A stretch of 64,000 nucleotides of DNA from an uncultured Pseudomonadales bacterium (lineage in GTDB: Bacteria; Patescibacteriota; Microgenomatia; UBA1400; PJMF01): positions 134,716-198,715 of the forward strand of contig CAZSJW010000001.1 in assembly GCA_964607285.1 (NCBI GenBank), in the 5' to 3' direction. Shown in pieces: positions 39,055 to 49,096 of this stretch; positions within the stretch are counted from its first letter, which is position 1, and the number at the start of each line of letters is the position of its first letter. Made by a program: the position numbers and the translations under genes. A model generated the notes under the pieces. It saw nothing but the letters and a program-made list of their open reading frames with translations, ran no database searches and had not been told where the DNA came from.

Positions 39055-40275
39055 CTATACTACAAACTCACCATCCCTGTAAATTACCCGCTTTTCCCCA
39101 CTTGTCAGCGTAGCTGTTACAGTACGATCCGTGGTAGAAATCATATCTGTATGTTCTGCAGAGTCATTAAACCCCATAGCGCGCCACTCTTGTTGGCTAA
39201 CATTTGCAGGGTTTCCTCTGTAGCAATCATGGTAGGAATTACCGATTGCCAAATGAGTGTTGCCAAATGGACCACCAATGTTTTCATCAAACAAAATTTC
39301 AGCCATAGGGTGGGTAATACGTGACATGCGTTTGTCAGTCAATGAGTACTCACCAATCTTATTAGCGTTCTCAGTTTTAAGCATTTCATCTAGCAAACCT
39401 TGGCCTTTCTCAGCCTTTGCTTCTGTAACAAGTCCTTTGTGAAATCGCAAAAACGGCTTTTCAAGCACTGCGCCATATCGGTATACTGGCTGATTGAACT
39501 GTACCCATCCTTCAGTACCTCTCCAGTCTGGTGATGTGAATAACTCGAAACTTGGTATGTTTCTACCACTGCCTCCATTCCAAATTCTATTTTCACCAAG
39601 TTGCACTCTTAGTTCAATATCCGAACCTTCAATATCAAGCCAGTCTATTCGCAGTGCATTTAGTGACTCTTTGATATGCTGTTGGAGTTGGTACAACATT
39701 TTCCATTCGGCTATTGGATTGTCTGTATCTAGAAAACAGGCTTGAATGATTTGTTGCCAGTACTCTTCTATATTCAAGCCCACAATGGAAGCTTTAGCTT
39801 CAACTCCCCATAAAGCTAGTGTCCACGTATACTGGCCACGGTTCTCTTTGGCTATCATGAGATCTCTAAAGGGTTTTCTAGCTGTGCGTGGTAGCATGAT
39901 TTTTTCTGGAGAAATTCCTGCTAGCTCTTCTGGATATACATCAGCGATAATGCTAACGGAGTGGTGTAGTAGCTTGGAACGTGCTTCGTAGTAACGCTCT
40001 GGGAAAAAGGCTAGTTGCTTGGGGGTAGCAAGGGAATAATAATCTTTATCAAAACCAGTAGGCATCAAGCGCATAAGGGGAATTCCACCTGCCTTTAACA
40101 CCATGTTCTGTAAATGTAACGCCAATGGCTTGGCTACATCTGGCACAACTAGTTCAACAACTTCGTCTGCTTGTAGGCCATGGCCTGAATTCAGAGCAAA
40201 ATTGATTAAGACATCTGCATATTTTTCTAGTACTTCCTCTGAAGGAATGTATGTGTTCTGAGATTGTTGTACCAT
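39055..40275 (-). CDS. M29-family aminopeptidase (AmpS/AmpT/PepS-like).
   Basis: About 406 aa. The C-terminal LFDENIGGPFGNTHLAIGNSY and EHTDMISTTDRTV match the M29 metal-binding region. Confidence 0.75.
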   Translation of the reverse strand: MVQQSQNTYIPSEEVLEKYADVLINFALNSGHGLQADEVVELVVPDVAKPLALHLQNMVLKAGGIPLMRLMPTGFDKDYYSLATPKQLAFFPERYYEARSKLLHHSVSIIADVYPEELAGISPEKIMLPRTARKPFRDLMIAKENRGQYTWTLALWGVEAKASIVGLNIEEYWQQIIQACFLDTDNPIAEWKMLYQLQQHIKESLNALRIDWLDIEGSDIELRVQLGENRIWNGGSGRNIPSFELFTSPDWRGTEGWVQFNQPVYRYGAVLEKPFLRFHKGLVTEAKAEKGQGLLDEMLKTENANKIGEYSLTDKRMSRITHPMAEILFDENIGGPFGNTHLAIGNSYHDCYRGNPANVSQQEWRAMGFNDSAEHTDMISTTDRTVTATLTSGEKRVIYRDGEFVV

Positions 40276-40279
40276 ATAA

Positions 40280-40879
40280 TTAAAGTGTCTTTAGTGCTGC
40301 TATTACTTGGATAAAAGCTCGGGCTCTGTGCGATACAGTCTGTTTCTCGGTTGGGTCAAGTTCACCGAATGTTTGTGAATAACCATCTGGGACAAAAAGT
40401 GGATCATACCCAAAACCTTGAACGCCTCTTGATATTGTGCTGATTTGCCCAGTAACACATCCTCTAAATAGCAATGGCTCGCTGTCTGAGTGTACTAGAA
40501 GACATGCAACCGTGGTAAACTGAGCACTTCTGTTATTCTCTGTTTTTAGTCGTTCGAGTAGAGCCTCATTTCTGTCAGTATAACTTCCTGGATGCCATCT
40601 GTTGGAGTGCACCCCAGGTTGTCCGTTTAAAGCCAAAACCTCTAATCCTGTATCGTCTGCAATTACTGGTAGGCTGCATGCAAGTTGATATGCTTTAGCT
40701 TTTAGGATTGCATTTTCTGCAAATGTACTGCCTGTCTCTGCCACTTCAGGTACAAAAATGCCCATGTCTTGTGGTAAAATTGGTTGCCATGACGATTCTG
40801 CAAATAACGGAACGATCTCGGCAAACTTGTGTGCATTGCTTGTTGCTATGACAACTCGCTGATCGGTCGTCATACTCAA
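40280..40879 (-). CDS. rdgB: Non-canonical purine NTP pyrophosphatase (RdgB/Ham1).
   Basis: VVIATSNAHKFAEI...ADDTGLEV...GFGYDPLFVP...SHRARAF. Confidence 0.85.
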   Translation of the reverse strand: MSMTTDQRVVIATSNAHKFAEIVPLFAESSWQPILPQDMGIFVPEVAETGSTFAENAILKAKAYQLACSLPVIADDTGLEVLALNGQPGVHSNRWHPGSYTDRNEALLERLKTENNRSAQFTTVACLLVHSDSEPLLFRGCVTGQISTISRGVQGFGYDPLFVPDGYSQTFGELDPTEKQTVSHRARAFIQVIAALKTL

Positions 40880-41166
40880 TCCGCACCCCCACCAAGTCCA
40901 CCAAACCCACCAAGTGTAGCTTGCAGTTTCTTTGCTGCCATTTCCTGAGACTTCTTGATAGCTTTGTTAAGTACATCTACTACTGGTTGGCTGCTCACAC
41001 CCTGTACTGAAAGCTGCACAATAGTTTGATCTCCGCGGATTACTACGACAATATCACCTTCTTCAATGCGAATTTCCTCTCCTGCAAGATCTTGTTGCAT
41101 TTGTTTTGCTTGTTTTCTGAGATTATTTAAATCTCCAAGTGCTTTGAGTGGGTTACCCATTGCCAT
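40876..41166 (-). CDS. ybaB: Nucleoid-associated protein YbaB/EbfC.
   Basis: 96 aa: MAMGNPLKALGDLNNLRKQAKQMQQDL... This is the classic dnaX-adjacent partner and overlaps rdgB by 4 bp. Confidence 0.75.
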   Translation of the reverse strand: MAMGNPLKALGDLNNLRKQAKQMQQDLAGEEIRIEEGDIVVVIRGDQTIVQLSVQGVSSQPVVDVLNKAIKKSQEMAAKKLQATLGGFGGLGGGAD

Positions 41167-41204
41167 ATGTGCTCCTTTTCGTACGTTTGTACGGTCAAAT
41201 TGTA

Positions 41205-42783
41205 CTACATCAGTGCCGATGTCGCTAGCTCTGTAAGCTTTGATGGCAATGCGTCATGAAGTGTTTCTGAGTCATCACTCGAGTGCTCTAGTACTTCGAT
41301 ACTAATATCAAGTGTCCCTCCACAAAGCTGTTGAATACAGTTCTGAATGACTGCTTGTGACTTCGAGTTCAGTAACTGATCCTTATGAAATGAGTAAAAC
41401 ACTCTAATGACAAGTTTTCCCAGAGTGCCTTCTATTGGCTTGGCCGACTGCAGAAACGCTCCAAGTGTTGCATTTGCGCTTATTACTAGACCCACAAACT
41501 CATTCCACTGAGAGCATACCGTGTTTCCATCTGCAGTTTTAGAAAAACTGCCAGCGCTACTAGATTTTTTTTCGGGCTTGTTGGCTGTGTTGCCAGAACT
41601 GGAAAAGGCAGCAAGTTTTTCTAATTTGGTGCCTGATGACTTTTTTGTTACAGTTTGTTTTTGACTTTCTGATTTACTTTCAGAATTTTTTTTTTTGAGA
41701 GCGCGAAATAATGTCTAGACATTTAAGTTCAAGAGCAAGGTACGGTATTGGACACATTTGTGTGACCTCAATAGTACTAAACTCAGCAAGTAAAAACTGT
41801 ATTATCGGTGCTGACCACTCAACGTGTGCATTTGTACCAAGCAACGTTGAGACTAAAAGGGAATGTAGTCTAGTGAGCAACTGCGTATACAAAACTTTTT
41901 CTGGAATAGCAGATTTACGGAAGTCTGAAAAAATTGCCACAACGGTATTAGCTTCTTTACTGATGATAGAACGCAATAACGAGTCTATTTCTTTAGAAAT
42001 GTTTGCTACCCCTAGTTGTTCAGATACTGCCAGTAGTGTGAGCTTCTTCTCTTTGACTGAAACACTCTCAGCTAGCTTGACGGCATCCCTAAAACTACCG
42101 TCTGCAAGCGCGATGATTGCTTGTAGTGCATCTAGCTCATAGGTAAGCTTCTCAGCATCCATGATTGTGGTTAGTGCAGACAATATCTCAGAGTCTGATG
42201 CTTTTGAAAACTCAACTGTATAGCATCTTGAAATGATTGTAGGTAGAATCTTGTGCAGTTCTGTTGTGGCTAGTATAAATACAACGTGTGCAGGAGGTTC
42301 TTCTAGAATTTTGAGGAGTGCATTACTTGCTTCTGTCGTTAGCATGTGTGCCTCGTCAAGAATAAACACAGAAACAACGCCTTCCTGTGGAGGTAAAAAG
42401 ACTCTTTCTTTTAAGTTTCGGATATCATCTATGCCTCTATTACTAGCAGCGTCAAGCTCATGAACAACATAAGACTTACCTTCAAGGATTCTAGAAATAA
42501 AATCATCATCTAAGCTTGGCTCGAGCAAAACAGACTGTGGGCTTTGGTTCTGCGAAGTGGATTGAATACGCTCTAGTACGCCCTTAGTATTTTTTGGGTC
42601 ATTCAGTACAGCTGCTAAAATTCTAGATGCGGATGTTTTACCTGTTCCTTTCGGTCCAGCAAATAAAAACGCTTGTGGCAGCGCACTTTGCTTTAGTAAT
42701 CCCGACAATCTTTCCCTAACTTTGACAAGATGCAGTTGGGCAATCGTTTTGGGACGGTATGTTCTATTCCAGGTCATAATCAC
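41205..42783 (-). CDS. dnaX: DNA polymerase III subunit gamma/tau (dnaX). The zero frame stops at 41680, immediately after an A11 run, giving a gamma-length product. The tau C-terminal extension continues in the other frame to 41205.
   Basis: AAA+ motifs LFAGPKGTGKTSASRIL (Walker A), FILDEAHMLT (Walker B) and SRC. The track ORF ends ..SQKKKF*. In the shifted frame, KKNSESKSESQKQTV.. (a Ser/Lys-rich linker) ..WNEFVGLVISANATLGAFLQSAKPIEG.. continues into the separate 96-aa ORF at 41205-41495. Confidence 0.8.
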
Positions 42784-43169
42784 TCATGATGGTAGCCTAA
42801 AACATGTAGTAAGCCGTGTTCTAGATAAAAACAAATCTGATCATCAACTAGCTTACCATACCTTTTAGCCATCACAACAGCTTCTGGAAAACTGATTACA
42901 ATGTCTCCCAAATGTGGGGGATAGCCAGGCGGCATTGGGAAATCTGTGAGCTGGTGCCTTTCATGCTGGGGAAACGACAGTACATCAGTAGTACCTTGAT
43001 GATGTAGTTTTGACTCATTTAACTCTTTTATCTTTCTGGTGCCAACAATAGATATATCGAGTTGTGCATGATCTACGTTATGTTCTTTCAGAACACGCTC
43101 TACAGTTTTTCTGAGTTTTTTCCGATTGACGGGGTATCGTGAACCAACATTCAATGTGACCAATATCAT
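42780..43169 (-). CDS. ybeY: Endoribonuclease YbeY (rRNA maturation factor).
   Basis: 129 aa. Contains the H3xH5xH zinc motif HGLLHVLGYHHE. Confidence 0.85.
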   Translation of the reverse strand: MILVTLNVGSRYPVNRKKLRKTVERVLKEHNVDHAQLDISIVGTRKIKELNESKLHHQGTTDVLSFPQHERHQLTDFPMPPGYPPHLGDIVISFPEAVVMAKRYGKLVDDQICFYLEHGLLHVLGYHHE

Positions 43170-43211
43170 ATGCAGTATCCTAGCAGGTTGTTATCTGACA
43201 GTCGAGACAAA

Positions 43212-43535
43212 CTATGCCAGTGCAAGTAGTGCACGATCAAGTTTTTCTGAAAGTAATTCCTGAATTGTTCCTATATCAATATTATGGAGTGTAGTGAGCA
43301 AATCGGGAGACTGAAAGTTTTTTGAGTACGCATTGAGAAACGCTATTCTTTCACCTTTAGTAGGAATAGAATGCAACACTGTTGTTATGGCAACTATATC
43401 TAGTAAGTAAACTAACTGATGCCAAATGTGATTTCTACTCTCAGATGACTCTAATGGCCCGTGTGCCTCAATAACTGACTCAAAAATTGTATTATTGATT
43501 AACTCAGCATAGTATCGAGGCGGCAGTGGTTTCAT
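43212..43535 (-). CDS. Hypothetical protein (107 aa).
   Basis: ORF whose start overlaps the upstream gene's stop by 4 bp. Confidence 0.35.
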   Translation of the reverse strand: MKPLPPRYYAELINNTIFESVIEAHGPLESSESRNHIWHQLVYLLDIVAITTVLHSIPTKGERIAFLNAYSKNFQSPDLLTTLHNIDIGTIQELLSEKLDRALLALA

Positions 43536-44401
43536 TGTTGCATGCCATTCATTGTTGAAAACGCTAACGGAACAGGGCCGAGCGGAATTTGATTAGACTC
43601 ATCTTCTACAAAAAAAATAAGTACTTTGCCAAATGAGCCTGGATTCCAGCAATTGAGTGAGCGAATCAGTTCAGGAGATCCTAAAAATTGACGTGAAGGA
43701 GTGTCCACAAGTCTATCTGCAATGCACGCGACGACAAACGATTGAGATGAAGGATTGATAACTAACACTTTTCGGTACTTAAACCATTGTATAGTGCCTT
43801 GAATATCTTGAAACGTATTGGTTGAAGCAGATACAGGCACTCCAACCCAAAATTGCTCTCTTAGTTCTGTAAGTTCATCTACTGGTGACTGTGAGGAGAG
43901 CCAACCATATGCTGACCTATAAGGTGACAATCCAGCTTCTTTAACAGCACTGTGTTGATCCAAATGGTCATTTGGGTGACGTTTAAGATGCTGACCTGCT
44001 CCTATTGTTCCTGAGTTACTCTGTAATCTATAACCATCCAATTCTGTAGTTACAGAGAATCCGAGCAAATCACTGAGTTGTTGCTCAATGTACAACAGTT
44101 CCTCTGGAGACACTTGCGTAGCATTCGTGTGCATGATTTCGGTTAGCTTTTCAATTACAACAAAATATTCTTCATGGGAAATTTGCTGGATGTACTCAGC
44201 TGCAGATTTTTCGCTAAGCAAAGATTGTGTGACCTTCTGCGACACGCTTGTGGAACTAGGGCTACTGTTTGCTAGTGCATGTATGGCTTCGTATTGATCG
44301 ATCCAATCGCGAGCTTCTGGGTAGATGTCAGTCAACTCAGTCAATTGAAGTTCAATAGTTTCTTGAAGAATTTGGCTAGTGGTGTTCGTCGGGGCAGACA
44401 T
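43532..44401 (-). CDS. Hypothetical protein (289 aa).
   Basis: Intact ORF between gltX and ybeY. No Walker or PhoH motif. Confidence 0.4.
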   Translation of the reverse strand: MSAPTNTTSQILQETIELQLTELTDIYPEARDWIDQYEAIHALANSSPSSTSVSQKVTQSLLSEKSAAEYIQQISHEEYFVVIEKLTEIMHTNATQVSPEELLYIEQQLSDLLGFSVTTELDGYRLQSNSGTIGAGQHLKRHPNDHLDQHSAVKEAGLSPYRSAYGWLSSQSPVDELTELREQFWVGVPVSASTNTFQDIQGTIQWFKYRKVLVINPSSQSFVVACIADRLVDTPSRQFLGSPELIRSLNCWNPGSFGKVLIFFVEDESNQIPLGPVPLAFSTMNGMQQ

Positions 44402-44411
44402 ATTTTTATTA

Positions 44412-45848
44412 TTAGTGTGAAACCGCTATTATTGCTTCCTGCAATCGTGTTAGCACTTCTGATCTTTCAACAGCTGCTATGGTGTCAAAGAGCGGAGGTG
44501 TTGCGGTTTTACCAGTAACTGCAACTCGCAACATCATAAAAAATTGACCTGGTTGCCAACCCCATTTTTCTTGCATAAGGCGTACCTGCTGCTCAAGTTC
44601 ATCGGCTTTCCAGGTAACTCCCTTAAAAAGTTCAGCTGTTTTCTGGAGTTGATCAATAACTATTGTATTTGTGGATTTTTTTGTGAGTAATTCAGTTTGT
44701 GGCTGTGGTCTTACAAAGAAATACTCAGTGAGTGGAACGATATCTGCTAGTGTGACTAATCTCTCAGCAACCAGAGGAAGCAGTACAGGTAGTTTGTCTT
44801 TTCCAAAGTACTCTGGCAGGAATGGTTCACATCTAACAGCTAATTCATCTAGACTAAGGTTTCGAATATACACACCATTTAACCATTGCAATTTTTTAAC
44901 ATCAAAGACTACGGATTTTGGACTTATATCCTTTGGTTCAAACTCTGCAATGTATTCATTCAGTGTTATCACTTCTCTTTGATCCTTAGGAGTCCAACCT
45001 AGGATCATAAAAAAATTAAGAAGTGCCTCAGGTAAGTATCCTGACTCTAAAAATGAAACTGCTGAAACAGTTCCTTTTCGTTTGCTCATCTTGCCTTTGC
45101 CATCAGGATTAAGAAAAACTGGAATATGAGCATATACAGGCTTTTCCCAACCAAATGCTTCATACAGCAAAATATGTTTGGGCGTAGAGCTAATCCATTC
45201 CTCACCACGAAAAATATGGGTAATATTCATTTCATGATCGTCAACAACTACAGCCAGGTGATAAGTAGGGAAACCATCAGATTTTAGTAGCACCTGGTCA
45301 TCAACACTTTCAGAGTTTATGGTGATAGTTCCACGGATTAGGTCTATGAAAGTGATATCCACTGCATCTGGTGATTTTAAACGTATAACGAATGCCTGAC
45401 CATCAGCGATTGCTTTTAAAACCTCTGTTTGTTTTTTCAGGCAATGTCTATCGTATTTAGGGGGTATTTTTTCAGCAATAGATTTTTCTCTAACTTGTGC
45501 GAGTCTCTCACTGCTGCAAGTACAGTAGTATGCATGACCACTCTGAACTAGCTTTTGTGCCATGCTTGCATACAGGGGCAATCGTTCAGATTGTGTATAC
45601 GGTCCATAGGGACCACCTTTGTCTGGTCCTTCATCCCAATCCAATCCATATTGATGAATTACGGAAAGAATCTTTTCCACTGCACCATCTACTTTTCTGA
45701 CTTGGTCAGTATCTTCAATTCTAAGCACAAACTGGCCACCATGTTTTTTTGCAAAAGCATAGTTTTTTAGCAGTGTTGAAATGTGGCCTACATGATACTC
45801 ACCTGTGGGACTAGGGGCCATTCTGGTTCTAACTATTTGAGTGCTCAT
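44412..45848 (-). CDS. gltX: Glutamyl-tRNA synthetase.
   Basis: RMAPSPTGEYHVGH (HIGH) and KMSKRKG (KMSKS). Confidence 0.9.
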   Translation of the reverse strand: MSTQIVRTRMAPSPTGEYHVGHISTLLKNYAFAKKHGGQFVLRIEDTDQVRKVDGAVEKILSVIHQYGLDWDEGPDKGGPYGPYTQSERLPLYASMAQKLVQSGHAYYCTCSSERLAQVREKSIAEKIPPKYDRHCLKKQTEVLKAIADGQAFVIRLKSPDAVDITFIDLIRGTITINSESVDDQVLLKSDGFPTYHLAVVVDDHEMNITHIFRGEEWISSTPKHILLYEAFGWEKPVYAHIPVFLNPDGKGKMSKRKGTVSAVSFLESGYLPEALLNFFMILGWTPKDQREVITLNEYIAEFEPKDISPKSVVFDVKKLQWLNGVYIRNLSLDELAVRCEPFLPEYFGKDKLPVLLPLVAERLVTLADIVPLTEYFFVRPQPQTELLTKKSTNTIVIDQLQKTAELFKGVTWKADELEQQVRLMQEKWGWQPGQFFMMLRVAVTGKTATPPLFDTIAAVERSEVLTRLQEAIIAVSH

Positions 45849-45872
45849 AAGGTTTGCATTATACTCTATTAC

Positions 45873-47003
45873 TTACTGCACTGGGGACTGCACAAAAGTT
45901 GGATCGAGCGCACTAACAAATGCTAGGAATCCTGAATCAACATTTTCAAAAACATATATTGGTTGTAAATAGTCTTGTTCATCGTATGAGTCGTAGTACG
46001 CCATGCTGACCGACCGAACTACAGCAACATCTGCGTCACCCTTTTGCGCTATAAACCCCTCACCCGCTTGTAGTAGTTGCCATGCAGTCCGTGCTGAGCG
46101 AAGTGGATAGGTATGCATCTGAGAGTAATCCACAGCATTGTACGCATATTGTAAGTCAACGATTGTATTGTTATTTTGCAGACCTCCACTGATTATGGCA
46201 CTGATAACGCCAGTGTACCCATCAGGCGTGTACATTCTATAAACGGTATCAATGGGATTTCTGTTTAAATCAACTTGAATAAAATCTGCATCTGATAAAG
46301 AAACTGCTGGAGCGAGTTCACCTCCTAAAGATTTCAGATACAGAACTTCTCCCGCTGCAGTGGCTACATCATCTGGGAGTAGATCAGCTGACTTTAAGTA
46401 GTTTTTCACAGAGTCGACTGCCTGAAAATTGTTTGGGAGCACTGTATTCGCAACCAATTCTGGTCGTGCTAAAAAATCAGACTGTAAATCAAAGTGGAGA
46501 GTCCTTGTATTGATATCTATAGTAGTCTCAAGGGGTTGCGATTTTTTGAACCTATAGCGTTCGGTGCTAAGAATTGATGGTTCAAATAAAAAACCATATG
46601 TAGCAGCTATAGATTTTGCTTTTTGGTCTGCTAGAAGGTTAGCGGTCATTTTAGGCATAAAGTAAACTTTGCCTCGGTCTCCATATTCAGGTAAAGACCC
46701 AGTGGGTGTTTCTAGCTTGTATTCTAAGGGGACTTCCTCAGAGTTCCTCTCAGGAAACTGCAGTTGAGGTAATTTGCCAAACCCGACAGTTGGAGGAGGT
46801 GGCGGAGCAGGGTGTGTTGCTTTCCAATAGGCAACAAAACTATTGAAAGTCACGCGGCCAACCATCAGCAGGAGCAGGACCACTAAACCGTATTTGACGA
46901 TTAAACGACCACCATAGGTGATATTTGTTAATGTAGGGCCTGTGCTGACAGTCTGTGGCATAGATGACTCTATCATATATACTATCATCATGTGGATCAA
47001 CAT
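45873..47003 (-). CDS. Hypothetical membrane-anchored protein with a poly-Pro linker and a large extracytoplasmic domain.
   Basis: An N-terminal TM helix (LVVLLLLMVGRVTF), HPAPPPPPTV, and then about 300 aa with no motif. The 5' end overlaps the trmD start, so the true start is probably at an internal Met. Confidence 0.4.
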   Translation of the reverse strand: MLIHMMIVYMIESSMPQTVSTGPTLTNITYGGRLIVKYGLVVLLLLMVGRVTFNSFVAYWKATHPAPPPPPTVGFGKLPQLQFPERNSEEVPLEYKLETPTGSLPEYGDRGKVYFMPKMTANLLADQKAKSIAATYGFLFEPSILSTERYRFKKSQPLETTIDINTRTLHFDLQSDFLARPELVANTVLPNNFQAVDSVKNYLKSADLLPDDVATAAGEVLYLKSLGGELAPAVSLSDADFIQVDLNRNPIDTVYRMYTPDGYTGVISAIISGGLQNNNTIVDLQYAYNAVDYSQMHTYPLRSARTAWQLLQAGEGFIAQKGDADVAVVRSVSMAYYDSYDEQDYLQPIYVFENVDSGFLAFVSALDPTFVQSPVQ

Positions 47004-47649
47004 CCTAACTCTGTTTCCCGACTATTTTTCCTCAGTGTTCTCTAGTTCTATTCTCAAACGAGCCAATACGACAGGTACCGTAGAGTACAGAATTATTAAT
47101 TTGAGAGACTTTACCCAAGACAAACACAGGGTGACCGATGACAGACCGTTTGGCGGTGGACCAGGAATGGTCATGAAAGTTGAACCGATTGATCTAGCTT
47201 TACGAAAAATTCGATCAGAAAGTCCTAAGGCATGCACGCATAGAGTTGTATTACTCTCAGCGCAAGGTGAAAAATATACTCAGGGTAAGGCAAGAGAGTT
47301 TGCAGCTTTGGATATGCTTACAATCATTTGCGGTCACTACGAAGGGGTTGACGAACGAGTGGCACTACATTTAGCAGATGAAGAAATTAGAATTGGTGAG
47401 TATGTGCTCACAGGTGGTGAACCTGCTGCCGCTGTTATTGCAGACAGTGTAGTACGGTTATTGCCAGGAGTTCTGGGGAACTCATGCAGCACACATGATG
47501 AGTCACATGATGTCCCTGGTCAGCTGGGGTATCCCCAATACACTAGGCCAGCAATTTATAATGGTTGGGAAGTGCCTGCCGTTCTGCTTAGTGGTGATCA
47601 TAAACTCATCATGAAATGGCGACGAACCCAGCGAAAAAAAGATTCCTAG
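46990..47649 (+). CDS. trmD: tRNA (guanine37-N1)-methyltransferase.
   Basis: MWINILTLFPDYF...DDRPFGGGPGMVMK...LLSAQGEKYTQ...IICGHYEGVDERV. Confidence 0.9.
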   Translation: MWINILTLFPDYFSSVFSSSILKRANTTGTVEYRIINLRDFTQDKHRVTDDRPFGGGPGMVMKVEPIDLALRKIRSESPKACTHRVVLLSAQGEKYTQGKAREFAALDMLTIICGHYEGVDERVALHLADEEIRIGEYVLTGGEPAAAVIADSVVRLLPGVLGNSCSTHDESHDVPGQLGYPQYTRPAIYNGWEVPAVLLSGDHKLIMKWRRTQRKKDS

Positions 47650-48533
47650 AGATTGTTTGCTGCACGTACAAGTTCTAACGCTTCTTTGATAGATTTTTGT
47701 GGACCGTATGCCCGCCTCAACTTTTCTGTACTCATAGCTGTGTTCTTTTGGTATGGTCGATTGCTTTGTGCTAGATAAGTGGCCAATGTGCCCTCATGAA
47801 CTGTACCAGGCAATGCAAAAATTGATTTGACCACTTCAGCAAAAGCAAAGTCAGTCCATTGTTCGCCACTTGTAGCATTGAAAATACCTTTAACATGTTC
47901 TTTCGCAGCCCACTGTAAGACATGGGAAAAGTCATCTAAAAAGGTGGGTCCAAAGGTATGATCGATAAACTGTGGTGGAAGTGTGTCTGTCTGCAAACCA
48001 GTCACTATTCTCCTAACCGTATCTGGTCGGGAAAAAGGGAGACTCCGAAATGGTTGGTCAATTCTAAATATAGTCCAGCTTGCACTTGATCCTGTTATAA
48101 CCTGTTCTGCTTCTGCCTTTGTATATCCATACCACTCAATAGGTGATGCTGGTTGTAATTCTGAATATAGGCCGTCAAGTGAGCCATCAAATATGTAGGG
48201 TGTTGAAATATGGATGAGATGTTTTTTAGTTTCTGTGGCTGCTTGAACAACATTTTTTGTACCGATTACATTAACTTGATAAGCAGTACCAAGTTGATTG
48301 TTTTCTTGTTTCCATGCTTCTGAAACATTTGTAAAAGCTGCACAATGAATAATAGCTTGTGCATTGCTGTCAGAAACGGCTTTTTTTACCTGTTCTAACT
48401 GAGTGATGTCCACTGGTTTCTCAGTGTTTGATAGATCTATTGTGTCAAATATGTACTCGTTTTGGTACTGTGCCATAAACTGTGAGGCAACAAGACCGTT
48501 ACTACCAGTGATAAGAAGGTGAGGTTTTGCCAT
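47646..48533 (-). CDS. rmlD: dTDP-4-dehydrorhamnose reductase.
   Basis: Rossmann motif LLITGSNGLVASQ and a YGYTKAEAE (YxxxK) motif. It sits directly downstream of rmlC and rmlB. Confidence 0.7.
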   Translation of the reverse strand: MAKPHLLITGSNGLVASQFMAQYQNEYIFDTIDLSNTEKPVDITQLEQVKKAVSDSNAQAIIHCAAFTNVSEAWKQENNQLGTAYQVNVIGTKNVVQAATETKKHLIHISTPYIFDGSLDGLYSELQPASPIEWYGYTKAEAEQVITGSSASWTIFRIDQPFRSLPFSRPDTVRRIVTGLQTDTLPPQFIDHTFGPTFLDDFSHVLQWAAKEHVKGIFNATSGEQWTDFAFAEVVKSIFALPGTVHEGTLATYLAQSNRPYQKNTAMSTEKLRRAYGPQKSIKEALELVRAANNL

Positions 48534-48551
48534 GATGATCAGAGTACTCGT

Positions 48552-49085
48552 CTATCCTTTTGTTAGTTCCCATACATCTGTGCCAAATTGATCCCAAGGC
48601 AACCTGTGTTCATCTGGAGCATGCATCAAAAATTGTTCACTTGTTGCGTATACCAAAGTCATGGGTTTCTCATAAATATTTGCGACGCCGTGTGCCACAC
48701 CTGAAGGAATTCTAAGCATGCGGTGCTTACCTGCTCCAAGTACTATTCTTTGGTGTACATCGAAAGTAGGAGAGTCTTGTCTGATGTCATGTAAATTTAC
48801 TAAAAGTCTGTCAAATGGTGAGCAAAACCACAAATCTTCCTGTTTGAAGTGAACATGATAGGCTTTGATGGTGTTTGGAACCATGACGGAAAAGCTTACT
48901 TGCTTAACTGTAAAGGCTGGTTCCAACTTTTCTACCTGAGCGTTGTCAAGTCTAAATAGCTCAGCAAAATTTCCTCCGTCATCAGTAAAAAACTGACATT
49001 CGGTAATTGAAACGCCCTCAATAGTTGGCATACTTTGATATGATTGAATAGTTACGTTCTCTCTATATTTTTGGTCGATATGCAT
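48552..49085 (-). CDS. rmlC: dTDP-4-dehydrorhamnose 3,5-epimerase (cupin fold).
   Basis: ..VHFKQEDLWFCSPFDRLLVNLHDIRQDSPTFD...RIPSGVAHGVANI. The start is taken at the internal MHIDQKY to avoid a 100-bp overlap with rmlB. Confidence 0.7.
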   Translation of the reverse strand: MHIDQKYRENVTIQSYQSMPTIEGVSITECQFFTDDGGNFAELFRLDNAQVEKLEPAFTVKQVSFSVMVPNTIKAYHVHFKQEDLWFCSPFDRLLVNLHDIRQDSPTFDVHQRIVLGAGKHRMLRIPSGVAHGVANIYEKPMTLVYATSEQFLMHAPDEHRLPWDQFGTDVWELTKG

Positions 49086-49096
49086 GAGAAAATCCT

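Noticed and set aside
41205-41495. The 96-aa ORF 41205-41495 as an independent gene.
   Set aside because: It is the in-frame continuation of the tau C-terminal extension of dnaX, reachable through the A11 run. It has no independent start context, so I annotated it as part of dnaX.
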